Below are positions 1 to 10,473 of a DNA stretch of 64,000 bases, piece after piece. The stretch comes from an uncultured Lentisphaerales bacterium (GTDB lineage Bacteria; Verrucomicrobiota; Lentisphaeria; JABSQK01; UBA12247). The notes under the pieces were generated by a model. The model was given only the letters and a program-made list of their open reading frames with translations, was not told the origin of the DNA and made no database searches. The first letter of the stretch is position 1. The number at the start of each line of letters is the position of its first letter. The stretch is from positions 192,001 through 256,000 of the forward strand of contig CALSSJ010000012.1 in assembly GCA_943788985.1 (NCBI GenBank), written 5' to 3'. The translations under genes and the position numbers were made by a program.

Positions 1-1
1 C

Positions 2-241
2 GCTCGGGCGCTGGTCACGGATCCGCAGATCATCGTCGCCGACGAGCCGACCGGCGACCTGGATCGCGAGTCGGCCGCCGCCATCATGCAGTTGCTGCAG
101 CGACTCAATCGCGAGCTGGGGCGGACGCTGATCATGGTGACGCATGACGAGAAGGCGACCCGCTTCGCCACCCGCACCCTGCATCTGGACAAGGGGCTGC
201 TGGTGGAGTCAGCCGCCGGAGCCATGGCAGACGAGGACTAA
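2..241 (+). CDS. ABC transporter ATP-binding protein, LolD/MacB-type, 5'-truncated by window edge
   Basis: Hand translation of frame 2 gives [21 protein letters not shown]...LIMVTHD (Walker B, D-loop, H-loop); TAA at 239-241. Confidence 0.9.
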   Translation, partial: ARALVTDPQIIVADEPTGDLDRESAAAIMQLLQRLNRELGRTLIMVTHDEKATRFATRTLHLDKGLLVESAAGAMADED

Positions 242-242
242 G

Positions 243-1391
243 ATGTTAAAGCCCAGATACCTGCCATTTGTCGTCAAACACATAACCCGACACCGCTGGC
301 GCAGTGCCCTGACCGTGCTCGGAGTGGGCACCGCGATGTTTCTATTCTGCGGCGTCCGGGCAATGCACGAAGGCGTGCAAGAGGCGACCGTTTCCAGCGC
401 CGGCGAAACCACCCTCGTGGTTTACCGCGAGAACCGCTTCTGCCCCTTCACCAGTAAGCTCCCGCAGGACTACGGCCGCCAAATCGCAAAGCTGCCAGGC
501 GTCGATTCCGTGGTCCCGATGAAGATCATGGTCGGCAACTGCCGGGCATCGCTGGACGTCATCACCTTTCGCGGGGTACCGCCGGCTGACTTCAACAGTG
601 TTGCCGCTAACTTTCAGGTCGTCGATGGCTCGGTGGCCGAGTGGCGAAAGCGAAGCGACGCCGCCTTGATCGGTCTTCGCGCTGCGACTCGACGCGGATT
701 GCGCGTGGGCGATCGACTCGAGATCGCGGGGATCACCATCACCATCGCCGGCATCGTCGAATCCGACCGGCCACAGGATCAGGACTCGGCCTTTACCCAT
801 CTGGATTTTCTGCAGCGGAGTTCCGGCGCCGGGCTTGGCGAGGTCACTCAGTTCAATGTTAGTGTCAGCGACCCGCAGCAATTGGACGAGGTCGCCCGAC
901 GCATCGATGCGTTCTTCGCAACTGCCCAGGATCCGACGGCCACATGGAGTGAAAAAGCGTTCACGGCGCGCGCTGTGACCGACATTATTGAGCTGGTGAG
1001 TTTTGCTGCCTGGCTCGGCTGGGGTGCACTTGTTGCGGTCTTCGCACTGGCCGCCAACGCCATCATCCTGAGCGTCCAAGAACGCGTGCGCGATCACGCC
1101 GTGCTACAGACCCTCGGTTTCGGAACCGGGCTTATCGCGCGGCTGATTGTCGTCGAGAGCGCGTTGCTGAGCCTGCTGGGTGGGGCGATCGGAATCGCGG
1201 CCGCCGCGGCCGTGTTGCATTGGGGGCGTTTTTCCCTGTCTGTCGAAGGCCAGAGCGTGCAGGCCAACACGAATCCAGAGACCATTGTCCTTGGCCTTGT
1301 CTACTGCCTGCTGCTGGGAATCGGCGCCGGGCTCTTTCCCGCCTGGCAGGCAAGCCGTCGCGACATCGTTACCTGTTTTCGGGCGGTATAA
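243..1391 (+). CDS. ABC transporter permease, MacB/FtsX family
   Basis: N-terminal TM (RSALTVLGVG), periplasmic domain, then QERVRDHAVLQTLGF and a C-terminal GLFPAWQASR FtsX-like segment; ATG 1 nt after the upstream stop. Confidence 0.9.
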   Translation: MLKPRYLPFVVKHITRHRWRSALTVLGVGTAMFLFCGVRAMHEGVQEATVSSAGETTLVVYRENRFCPFTSKLPQDYGRQIAKLPGVDSVVPMKIMVGNCRASLDVITFRGVPPADFNSVAANFQVVDGSVAEWRKRSDAALIGLRAATRRGLRVGDRLEIAGITITIAGIVESDRPQDQDSAFTHLDFLQRSSGAGLGEVTQFNVSVSDPQQLDEVARRIDAFFATAQDPTATWSEKAFTARAVTDIIELVSFAAWLGWGALVAVFALAANAIILSVQERVRDHAVLQTLGFGTGLIARLIVVESALLSLLGGAIGIAAAAAVLHWGRFSLSVEGQSVQANTNPETIVLGLVYCLLLGIGAGLFPAWQASRRDIVTCFRAV

Positions 1392-1392
1392 G

Positions 1393-2553
1393 GTGCGCAT
1401 TCTCCCCTACGACTATGCCGTTCGCAACCTTGGCCGGGCACCCTTGCGCCTTGTGGCCACGGTCGGCGGCTGCACCATGGTGGTGCTGATCATGATGGCT
1501 GCCACCGCCTTTGTGCAGGGCATGCGCCGATCGCTGACCCCCAACTTGCAGAGCCGCAATGTGCTCTTGCTCAGCGCCGGTAGCGAAGAAAGCCTTGAGC
1601 GCAGCCAGATTAGCGCGGCCATACCGGGCCACGTGCGGGCCTCAGTCACCGGCATCAAGCAGCGGCTTGGCGAGCCCTTCATCTCACCTGAGATCCATCT
1701 CGCGCTGATTGTTTCTCGACCGCAGCAAAGCGAAGAGCTACGGGCGATCGTTCGTGGTGTCGACACCGGCGCCTTTCTCGTCCATTCCCGCGTGCAGTTG
1801 ACCGCTGGCCGCCCGCCGCAGCACGGGCACAACGAACTGCTCGTTGGCGCCCTCGCCGCGGAAAAGCTCAATATCCCGGAAGCCGACCTTGCCATCGGCA
1901 AGTCGCTCATCGTCGAGGGCAACCCTTGGACCATCGTGGGCCGATTTGCCGCGCCAGGGACGGTGATGGATGCGGAGATTTGGACAAGCTACACCGATCT
2001 TCAGGTCGCCACGCAGCGCAACAGCCTGTCCTGTATCGTTATGACACTGGATGAGGCAGAGCTGGCCGACCTTGCCGCCTGGACCGCGGTGCGATTGGAT
2101 TTGGAGCTTGTTGCCATGAGTGAAGGCGAGTATTACGCGTCCCTGCGGCAATTCTACGGACCGGTGCGCGCCATGATCTGGGTGACAGCTTTGCTGATGG
2201 CCCTGGCCGGTATTCTTGGCGGGCTCAACACGCTATTTGCAGCCTTTGCGGCGCGAACACGCGAGCTCGGCATGCTGCAAGCGCTCGGCTACTCGCGCGG
2301 TGCGATTCTGCTGAGCCTGCTGCAGGAGTCTATGCTGGCTGGAGCCGCAGGCGCCTTGATCGGAGCGCTCATTTCCTACTTTTTATTGCATGGCAACGCT
2401 GTACGTTTTTCTATGGGCGTGTTTGAGTTGCAGGTCGACGCGGTCACAGTCTTTATCGGCATGCTCAGCGGTCTCGCGCTTGGCTTTATCGGCGCCCTGC
2501 CGCCAGCCTTTCGCTGTCTGCGGGAACCCATTCCCAGCGCCTTGCGCACCTGA
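1393..2553 (+). CDS. Second ABC transporter permease, MacB/FtsX family
   Basis: GTG start directly after the previous stop; YAVRNL..., ARTRELGMLQALGYSR and GALPPA motifs. Confidence 0.88.
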   Translation: MRILPYDYAVRNLGRAPLRLVATVGGCTMVVLIMMAATAFVQGMRRSLTPNLQSRNVLLLSAGSEESLERSQISAAIPGHVRASVTGIKQRLGEPFISPEIHLALIVSRPQQSEELRAIVRGVDTGAFLVHSRVQLTAGRPPQHGHNELLVGALAAEKLNIPEADLAIGKSLIVEGNPWTIVGRFAAPGTVMDAEIWTSYTDLQVATQRNSLSCIVMTLDEAELADLAAWTAVRLDLELVAMSEGEYYASLRQFYGPVRAMIWVTALLMALAGILGGLNTLFAAFAARTRELGMLQALGYSRGAILLSLLQESMLAGAAGALIGALISYFLLHGNAVRFSMGVFELQVDAVTVFIGMLSGLALGFIGALPPAFRCLREPIPSALRT

Positions 2554-2589
2554 TTTTTCTTCACCCCAACCCCACCCACAGAGATTCCC

Positions 2590-3099
2590 ATGATGAAAAT
2601 TCGCCACCTCCTCGCCCTCGCAGTCCTCGCCGCCATTGTCACTGGCTGCGGCAAGAAAGAGTCAGCCGCGACACCTATGCCTGCGGTCAGCCTGATCCCT
2701 GAGGCGCTCATTGTCAGCAGCATCGCAGGAACCGCAGTCACGCCAACGGCCGCCAAAATCACGGCCAAAGCCGGGGACGCCATTGTGCTCACCGGGCACA
2801 TCGCTGGCCGCGCCCAGCCCTTTGTTGCCGGTCGCGCCATCTTCACCTTGGTCGATACGAAATTGCCACAATGTACGGATGGGTGCAGTGCCCCATGGGA
2901 CCTCTGCTGCGAAGAAGCTGCGGATATCGCAGCCGCTGCCGCCACCGTCCAGGTCGTCGATGCCGAAGGCAACCCGCTAAAGCAGTCCTTAGAAGGTCCA
3001 CTCAAGCCTGGCCAGACCATCGCCGTGTCCGGCAAAGTAAAGCAAAACGACGGCATAATCTTCGTCATCAGCGCCGACCAGATCGCCGTGTTGAAGTAG
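2590..3099 (+). CDS. Cys-rich lipoprotein of unknown function
   Basis: Lipobox IVTGC after a hydrophobic signal; motif CTDGCSAPWDLCC. Confidence 0.75.
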   Translation: MMKIRHLLALAVLAAIVTGCGKKESAATPMPAVSLIPEALIVSSIAGTAVTPTAAKITAKAGDAIVLTGHIAGRAQPFVAGRAIFTLVDTKLPQCTDGCSAPWDLCCEEAADIAAAAATVQVVDAEGNPLKQSLEGPLKPGQTIAVSGKVKQNDGIIFVISADQIAVLK

Positions 3100-3363
3100 T
3101 TTTCAGTAATCAGTGGACCGGGAATGAAGCTACCCGGAAGGGGGGATGTCGTATAGCCGGGGTTGTCGCTCCGTGTCAGCCATAGATAGGGCATGGCTTG
3201 GCAGCTGCCTTTTTAGTTTTTTTCCTTTTTTGCAGAATAACGGGCGAAAACTAGACAGATAGAAAACCTGCTTCAGTGTCTGTTTTTTATGAATACGGAG
3301 CTGGCACCAACTGCTAGTTCCAATGATCCACAGAGTTTGCAATAGAATCCCCCGTTGGGCACG

Positions 3364-5166
3364 ATGACAGATCCTACAGACGCACCGGCTGACTACCGAT
3401 TTCAGGTCAATCTGAAGGACCTAATCGGGATCTTATCACACCATCTCTACTCTACCCACGACGTGTTTCTGCGTGAACTCACGCAGAACTGCTGCGACGC
3501 CATCAGCGCCCGACGGCGCGTCGACGCAGAGTTCGAGCCTCTGATTGAATTCGAACTGCTCGAGGGAGGCGACACGCCGACGTTGCTGGTGGCGGACAAT
3601 GGCTGCGGCCTAACCGCAGAGGAGATTCACGAGTTTCTGGCTACGATCGGAACCAGCAGCAAGCGGGAAGAAGCAGATTTCATCACGACACGGGCAGACT
3701 TTATTGGCCAGTTTGGTATCGGTCTTCTGTCCACCTTCATGGTGTGTGACGAGATCGTGCTGCTGACGCGCTCGCACAAGAGCGAGCAAGCTTATGAGTG
3801 GCGTGGGCACAGTGATGGCACCTATACACTCACGGAAAGCGACGCCGATCTCACGGTCGGCACGCGCGTGTTTCTCCGTGCGTCTGCGGACTCCGCAGAT
3901 TTGTTCACTGGCGATCAGATCCTAGAACGTTTACGCCACTATTGCAACTACCTGCCAACCCCCATCTTCCTCACCTGGGCTGACACACGGAAGCAAGTGA
4001 ATGAGGTGGCGCCCTGGTCGCGTACATGCCCTGCTGCAGATAGCGAAGCGGCGGCTGTCAAGCTGGCACAGCGTTGCTTTGGCGAGGGGCAGATTCTCGA
4101 TGTGTTTGCCATTGAAGGGGACTATGTCAGCGGCCACGCCTTCCTGATGCCCTTTCATATGATCGGCGGTGCCCGGCGTAACGCGGTATACATCCGCAAT
4201 ATGTTCATTGGCGCGAATCTAAATGACCTGATGCCTGATTGGGCCTGCCTGTTTGCGATCGTGCTTAACAGCGATCACCTGACGCCCTCAGCATCCCGTG
4301 AGGCGCTCTACGGTGACGAGCACCTCGCCGCTGCCCGCGAGGAGATCGAGCGCGCACTCAACGTCTACCTGCGCCGGCTCGCCAGCGATCGCCCCGCGGT
4401 CTTGACCGAGTTGATTCTGCAATACGAGCCACTGCTAAAGAATCTGGCCGCTCAAAATGATCACTTCCTGCAGTGTATCTTTGGCGTTCTTACTTTCGAG
4501 ACCAGTCGCGGTCGCCTGCCATTGAGCGAGGTGCTGGCCGATCCCGGCGGGGCTTCCTTCGTCACGGACGTGGATGAGTTTCATAAGCTGGTGCCAATCG
4601 CCTCGGCCTCTGGCCACGTCGTGATCAACGCTGGCTACGCTTTCGAGCCCGTCCTGATGAGCAAGCTTCATCTCCTGCATGGCCCCAAACTGCGCCCGAT
4701 GGACAGCGCAGCGCTGCTCGCCTGCCTCAAGGAAGTGAACGATCCAGAAGCCGCCGAGTGGGCGGAAACGCACGACCTACTCTCCCGCGTGCTGCGTATC
4801 TACGGCGTCCGCCCGCGTCTGGTGCGCTTTCAGCCAGACACCATCCCGATGCTCTATTTCCAGGGCGAGGCGCAACGGGAGGCACGGCGCATGCAGCACT
4901 TTGAGGAACAGGCGGATGACCTTTTCCAAAGCGTCCTGTCCGAATTGTCGCTTCCGCCAGATCCTAACGAACTGCTGGTGAACGTCGAGAATCCTCTAAT
5001 TCAGAACCTGCAAGCCTGTGGTGACACGGGCTTTGCCGAATCGGTGGCCAAGCTGCTCTATGTCCAATCCCTACTGCTGGGGCGATATCCTCTAGGCCAT
5101 CAGGAGTTGCTGCTTCTAAACGAGAACGTCGGTGCGTTGCTGCAGCGAACCTTGCTGGGAGACTGA
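3364..5166 (+). CDS. HtpG/Hsp90-family GHKL ATPase (atypical paralog)
   Basis: FQVNL...LYS...FLRELTQNCCDA, DNGCGLT, IGQFGIGLLSTF, GTRVFL; middle-domain ASRE arginine motif. Confidence 0.9.
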   Translation: MTDPTDAPADYRFQVNLKDLIGILSHHLYSTHDVFLRELTQNCCDAISARRRVDAEFEPLIEFELLEGGDTPTLLVADNGCGLTAEEIHEFLATIGTSSKREEADFITTRADFIGQFGIGLLSTFMVCDEIVLLTRSHKSEQAYEWRGHSDGTYTLTESDADLTVGTRVFLRASADSADLFTGDQILERLRHYCNYLPTPIFLTWADTRKQVNEVAPWSRTCPAADSEAAAVKLAQRCFGEGQILDVFAIEGDYVSGHAFLMPFHMIGGARRNAVYIRNMFIGANLNDLMPDWACLFAIVLNSDHLTPSASREALYGDEHLAAAREEIERALNVYLRRLASDRPAVLTELILQYEPLLKNLAAQNDHFLQCIFGVLTFETSRGRLPLSEVLADPGGASFVTDVDEFHKLVPIASASGHVVINAGYAFEPVLMSKLHLLHGPKLRPMDSAALLACLKEVNDPEAAEWAETHDLLSRVLRIYGVRPRLVRFQPDTIPMLYFQGEAQREARRMQHFEEQADDLFQSVLSELSLPPDPNELLVNVENPLIQNLQACGDTGFAESVAKLLYVQSLLLGRYPLGHQELLLLNENVGALLQRTLLGD

Positions 5167-5170
5167 ACCA

Positions 5171-8026
5171 ATGAGAAGCTCTGTGGATTTCGAACTGGAG
5201 GCCGAGAGCCTGCCCGACGGGATTGAGAAGGGCCGCCTGCTGGAGCGCGCCGCGGAGCTCTCCGAGCTGGATGGCGACACCTCCCGGGCCTTCGCCCTGC
5301 GCTACGCTATGCTAAGGGCGCAATATGGCTGCGCCGCAGACGAAAAGGTAATTGGTATCTTTTCTTGGATGGCGCGCACGATCGACCGCGAGCCCGAAGT
5401 TCGCGCCCAGTGGACAGACTCATTCATGTGGCTCTACAAGTGGGTTTTGAATTCCTGTCAGCGGTTGAGTGCTATCCCGCGAGGAAAAATAGAGGCACTG
5501 CATGGCGACTATGAGCGGCGCGTGAGGGCGCTCGGCTACAGCCTGTATAGCGTCTACCAGCAGCGTATGGACCTTGCCTGCTACTTCGGCGAGCTGGACC
5601 AAGCAGAGGACTACTGGCGCCAGATGCGAACGCACAGCCGCGATGATCACTGCGACTGTGAGGCATGCGTGCCGAGCAATGTTTCCACCCTGCTCAGGAA
5701 GTTGGGACGTCACGACGAGGCATGGCACCAGTACGACCGCGTGATCTGCGGGGAGCTATCGTGCGACCAAGTCCCGAGCGTGTCCTGGCCGAGGCTGGCG
5801 GTGCTGGCCTTAAACGCTGGAGACGAATCGCACGCTGCACTTTACGCGAATGCTTGGTCTGAAACTCTCACCAGGGTCGAGATTACTTACACGCTTGAGG
5901 ATTTGATTCACTATATGTGGCGCCGTGGGCTCTGGGGCGATTTCCGTCACTACCTGCGCGTGCACGCCAATCCTACGTTCTTTTCGGTCATGAACCAAGT
6001 ACCGATCTGGCGGGAGTTGGATGCGGCGCTGGTTCGCTTTGCGCCGCACTTCGCCGAGACTGAATTTCTAGGCCCGATGCGCATCACGGACTCCTTCACT
6101 GTGAGTACCTGGGCAGAGTTGGCTGCGAAGGCACACGCGACTGTCGCCGAGGAAGACACGCGCTTTGACCGACGCAATCGTACGCCACACTTTTGCGAGC
6201 AGCATCAAGCCAGGCTCGAGCGGGCAGAATCACTGCAGAGCGAGCCAGTCCATTCGGAGTTGACCACGGCTGCCAGCAGCCGCGACAGCGTGGCGTCAGC
6301 GGAGGAAGATGTCCGCTCAGAAAGTTTTGCGGAGTTCGCACAACGGTTTCGTGATGAGATCGAGTCATGCTACGGGTGGGAAGACGAGCGCCAGGCCCTG
6401 GCTGGTCTTGATGCTTTGGCATTGCTCGAGATTGTCCGGGACGGAGAAGCGGATGCCCGCAGCTACGCGGCGCTGCGGGAGCTTGCCGAGCACTACGCCG
6501 ACTCCGTTGAGTGCGTCGCCGCGACCGCCCATCAGATCTACAATGACTGGCGTCCGTTCATGGCGCGCGCGGTTCTGCATTATCGGGAGGACGTAAAGGG
6601 GCTGGATATGCTGCTGCCGGAAGTCCTGCGCTGGCCTTCGGATCTCACAGACTACCTGTTGCGACGCCTAGTGGAGCTAACTGCGGGAGCGGCCCGGAGC
6701 CGCTACGTATTGCGCACAGCGGAGATTGCCGCCCAACGTTACGAGGATGAGCAGGCCCTGGCATTGGTCGAGCAAGTTGAGAAGGCCCCGCCCACTGCGC
6801 TAGAAGACCAGTTCGCCCTCGGGCAACTGCTCAATCATCTGGGCGCACCTGAGCGCGCGCTTGACCTGTGGCCCAGCATTCTTGAGCAAACCAGCGGGGA
6901 GATGTACCGCGAGGCGCTATTGGGCTCTGCCTATACCTATCACCAGTTGCAGGACTACGCCGCTGCGGAGGACACCTACCGGACATGCCTTGGCATGTTT
7001 GAAGAGCCCCCGGTGAATCTGCTGCTGGCGCTGACTGCTAGCATTCGGCAACAGGACCGCCCAGGCGACGCTTTGCCCTTCGCCAAGCGAGCGCTCGAGG
7101 CGTCCGATTGGGAAACAGGGGCGTTCCTCGAAATTGGTCATTGCCAGTTCGATCTTGCGGAGTTCGCAGAAGCTGCCAGAAACTATGCGGAGGTATACCA
7201 ATTCGACGACTCCTTGGAGATTGCCGAACGCTATGCATTGGCATTGCGCTATGCGGAAGACTACGCTGAGGCGGCGACCGTCTTTCGTACCTGTCTCACG
7301 ATGGCAGAGGAGGAGGAAGAACCGATGGAGGCGTTTCAGTTCGGCCTGGCATTCTGCATGATCGCTGCCAGACCATCGCCCACTGGTCGCAGGATGATGC
7401 GCGAGCTTATCTTGGGGGAGGGAGAGTTTGCTGCCGATGCGTTCTCAGCGCTGAAAGAGGATGTCTGTGAGCGCGATGGTGTGGCCAGTTGGTCCCGTGT
7501 GGTCGCTCTTTTGCTGAAACGGATGCCGAACAGCACCAAGGTCATCACCGAGCGTGCATGGTGTCTGCACACAGCCGGCAAAATCCGCGATGCCCATACG
7601 CTCCTCGAGGCCCATCGCGATGATGACCAGTGCTTGGCTCAGCTGGCGATGCTGCAGACCGATCGGGACGCCGCGTTGGACTTGCTTCCGCTAGACCGCG
7701 TGGCCGGATCCCCGTGGTTGCTGTTCGTGCGCTGGGATCAGCTCGCTGCGCTCGAGCGCTGGGCTGAAGCCGAGCAGACGCTTCACGAAGTCGCAGAATT
7801 GCTTGGCGAGGTGCCATCTGTCGCCATCCGTCGGGCGGACCAACACGTAGCCCAGGAGGAGTACGCCAAAGCCGATGCAATTCTAGACGAGCAGTTCGAG
7901 AGGCTACAAGACCTGCGCATCCTCGAGCGACGCCTTGTTACGCTCGAGGCCCTCGGCGATACCGAGCAACTTGCCGCGGTCCGCAACATCGTGGATGCGG
8001 CGAATCTGGAAGAACCGGCGGAATAG
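5171..8026 (+). CDS. Large TPR/alpha-solenoid protein with N-terminal Cys cluster
   Basis: About 950 aa, acidic and Ala/Leu-rich, with helical repeats (YAAAEDTYRTCL, FAEAARNYAEVY, YAEAATVFRTCL); DDHCDCEAC and SCDQVP motifs; starts 4 nt after the Hsp90 stop. Confidence 0.8.
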   Translation: MRSSVDFELEAESLPDGIEKGRLLERAAELSELDGDTSRAFALRYAMLRAQYGCAADEKVIGIFSWMARTIDREPEVRAQWTDSFMWLYKWVLNSCQRLSAIPRGKIEALHGDYERRVRALGYSLYSVYQQRMDLACYFGELDQAEDYWRQMRTHSRDDHCDCEACVPSNVSTLLRKLGRHDEAWHQYDRVICGELSCDQVPSVSWPRLAVLALNAGDESHAALYANAWSETLTRVEITYTLEDLIHYMWRRGLWGDFRHYLRVHANPTFFSVMNQVPIWRELDAALVRFAPHFAETEFLGPMRITDSFTVSTWAELAAKAHATVAEEDTRFDRRNRTPHFCEQHQARLERAESLQSEPVHSELTTAASSRDSVASAEEDVRSESFAEFAQRFRDEIESCYGWEDERQALAGLDALALLEIVRDGEADARSYAALRELAEHYADSVECVAATAHQIYNDWRPFMARAVLHYREDVKGLDMLLPEVLRWPSDLTDYLLRRLVELTAGAARSRYVLRTAEIAAQRYEDEQALALVEQVEKAPPTALEDQFALGQLLNHLGAPERALDLWPSILEQTSGEMYREALLGSAYTYHQLQDYAAAEDTYRTCLGMFEEPPVNLLLALTASIRQQDRPGDALPFAKRALEASDWETGAFLEIGHCQFDLAEFAEAARNYAEVYQFDDSLEIAERYALALRYAEDYAEAATVFRTCLTMAEEEEEPMEAFQFGLAFCMIAARPSPTGRRMMRELILGEGEFAADAFSALKEDVCERDGVASWSRVVALLLKRMPNSTKVITERAWCLHTAGKIRDAHTLLEAHRDDDQCLAQLAMLQTDRDAALDLLPLDRVAGSPWLLFVRWDQLAALERWAEAEQTLHEVAELLGEVPSVAIRRADQHVAQEEYAKADAILDEQFERLQDLRILERRLVTLEALGDTEQLAAVRNIVDAANLEEPAE

Positions 8027-8101
8027 CGGTGAACAGAATTACCGCTGCTATCGGTAGCGTGTTGCGGCGCTTTACCCGCACCGCCTGGGGCAGAGGGGGA
8101 A

Positions 8102-8194
8102 AACCACGGAGGCACTAAGGCACGGAGAGGAAGGATTCTGGTCTGTTATTTAATGCCTGCAACTCTACCTCCGTGTCTCCGGACCTCCGTGGTT
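8102..8194. repeat. Intergenic palindromic (REP-like) element
   Basis: Perfect 11-bp arms aaccacggagg (8102-8112) / cctccgtggtt (8184-8194), with inner arms cacggag / ctccgtg. Confidence 0.7.
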
Positions 8195-8409
8195 AATTTC
8201 GGTCAAGCGCCCGCTACTGATCTTTCGGGTATAGTCATCGAGCCAGGAAAAACACGCCACAGGTACAGTAGGGAAAGACCTTGCTGGTTTGCTAAAAAGG
8301 AGTGCGCCGGGCGTCAGCTGGCGTCCTTGCTTGCATGAATAGAGAATTTGCCGCGCTTATCGGTATGTTGCCGCGCGGTAGCCACAACCCAGGTCGATCG
8401 GAGATATAG

Positions 8410-9468
8410 ATGAAACAGAGAATGCAATGCGTTGCCAAAATCGTTCTGGGCTTGTGCCTCTGCGGTGGAACTGCCTTTCAAGCGAGTGCCGAACCTACCG
8501 ACGCAGCGAAGGCAGCGAGGAAAGCAAAGCGCGCGCAGGCGGCGAAGATGCCGGCGAAGAAGAAGCCGAGGTATCTGGAGACGGGGGGAGAACGCAAGCT
8601 GAATGTTGTCTATAAGACAGTCGGCAAGCGCGAGCTGCAACTGGACCTCTATTATCCCACGGCAAAGCAGGGCGAGACCACCCCCGTGATCTTTTACACG
8701 CACGGTGGCGGCTGGGCAGCTGGCTCGCGCTTCGGCGCAGCGAATGCTTCCTTTGGCGTGATCCACAAGAAATTAATCAGCGAAGGGTTTGCCGTCGTAT
8801 CGATCGGGTACCGGCTGGCGAGAAAGGAGAGCGGTGTGGCGATTCGCGACTGCGTAATCGACGCCAAGGATGCCATGCGCTACATCGCCAAGAACAGCGA
8901 TTCGCTGGGGCTCGACCCCAATCGTTTCTTCATGTTTGGCGACTCCGCAGGTGGGCAGATGGCCCAGATGCTGCTGCTGGCATCGCCTAAGAGCTTGCCG
9001 GGTGCGCCGGCGCTTGCCGATGCGTCCTACAAGACAGTAGCTGCTGTCTCTTGGTATGGCCCCTGCGACTTCGAGAAGACCAGCCTTTTCAACCACGACG
9101 ACCGGGAAAATTTCCGGGATCGCTTCGGGCCACGTATCCTCAACAGCGACCCAAAAGTTGGCACGGAGAAGAAGCTGGCGCTCTATCGCGAGATGAGCCC
9201 GATCAATTATCTGAGGACAGACAGCCCACCCTTGTTGATGATTCAAGGCGATAAGGACACCACCATCCCGGTGAAGCACGCCTATTACATGCAGGAGAAG
9301 GCCAAGGAGTTGAAGGCCCCCGTCGAGGTCATGATCATCAAGAATGCAGGGCACAACTGGCGCAAGGTTGAGGCCGATATCGCGCCGACCCGGAACGAGA
9401 TTATCGAGGCAACGGTGCAGTTCTACCTGCATCACGCTGGAAAGATTAGCACCGCACCCGCAGAATAA
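8410..9468 (+). CDS. Secreted alpha/beta hydrolase (HSL/BD-FAE-like esterase)
   Basis: Signal peptide; HGGGW oxyanion motif, GDSAGG nucleophile, [13 protein letters not shown]. Confidence 0.88.
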   Translation: MKQRMQCVAKIVLGLCLCGGTAFQASAEPTDAAKAARKAKRAQAAKMPAKKKPRYLETGGERKLNVVYKTVGKRELQLDLYYPTAKQGETTPVIFYTHGGGWAAGSRFGAANASFGVIHKKLISEGFAVVSIGYRLARKESGVAIRDCVIDAKDAMRYIAKNSDSLGLDPNRFFMFGDSAGGQMAQMLLLASPKSLPGAPALADASYKTVAAVSWYGPCDFEKTSLFNHDDRENFRDRFGPRILNSDPKVGTEKKLALYREMSPINYLRTDSPPLLMIQGDKDTTIPVKHAYYMQEKAKELKAPVEVMIIKNAGHNWRKVEADIAPTRNEIIEATVQFYLHHAGKISTAPAE

Positions 9469-9539
9469 TCGACACCCCATCCGGAGAGAGATCGTGCCTC
9501 TACTTCAAGGGCGATGGCACACACCGGAGCAAGATCGGC

Positions 9540-10473
9540 ATCACCCCGCAGCGCTCAAAGGGCGTGGCGGGCAGCTGTGACCCCGCCGGCAAGGTACTGA
9601 GCGTGGTCACGTGCCATGTGCAGGATGCTGCCAATGGCTTCGTGAACTCCATGTGAGAGCACCAAGGCAAGCCCTGTCGTGTGGGGACTTGATCAATCTC
9701 TACAACGATGGCTCACCGGGCCCCACAAAGCCACCATTATGCCCGAGGCGGTCAACACCGCGCTGCATCAGTGGCTACAGGACGAGGCCAACGTGCGTAT
9801 ACACCGCACCACAAACAAGCGCCCAGTCGACATGTTTGAGGAGGAAAAGCCAGCGCTACAACCACTTCCGGGCATCTCCCAGCCGTGCTGTGCGGTCGAT
9901 CGTAGCGTCAGCAACAGTTGCTGTCGAATCACCGTCGGCGACAACTACTACAGCATCCCAGCTGCCTACGCTTCGTAGCGGCTGATCTTGCAGCGCGGAG
10001 TCGATCGCATTTGTGTAAGAACCACCGAGGACGTCTTCGTCGCCGAACATATCCGCGGCTTCGCTCGCAAGCGCCCAGTCATCGATCCGCAGCACGAGAA
10101 ACAGATCGAAGACCTCACCAGCCGCGCCCGCCATAACCGGCAGGTTACCCTCTTCCTGCAACTCGGTAGCAGCGCATTCTCCTACCTGGACGGGCGCGAG
10201 GAGAAGCGCGTAAACTACCCGAGCCACATCCGGCGCATCAATGACGTTATTGCCACCTTTGGCTACGATCAGGTTGCTCGTGCCTTGGCTGAATACTAAC
10301 GGTAAAACGGTGCCTGTGGCGCTGACCACATCCACAACCTACATGGTTTGCGTCTGCGCAAAAAACAGCAAGAAGCAGGTGGGCCCTTACATCTCACCAG
10401 AAAAGCCGACCTGCTCCATATCGAGTTTCCCCCGGCCAAACTCAAGCTCTACGATCAGGACACACAGCTATGA
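9540..10473 (+). pseudogene. istA: IstA transposase remnant (C-terminal half)
   Basis: NTALHQWLQDEANVRIHRTTNKRPVDMFEEEKPALQPLP and ITVGDNYYSIP; stops at 9976-9978 and 10297-10299; 5' part missing. Confidence 0.8.

Noticed and set aside
6325..6341. 17-bp match gttttgcggagttcgca shared with 58851-58867
   Set aside because: Short, encodes FAEFA in two unrelated genes; compatible with chance and codon bias
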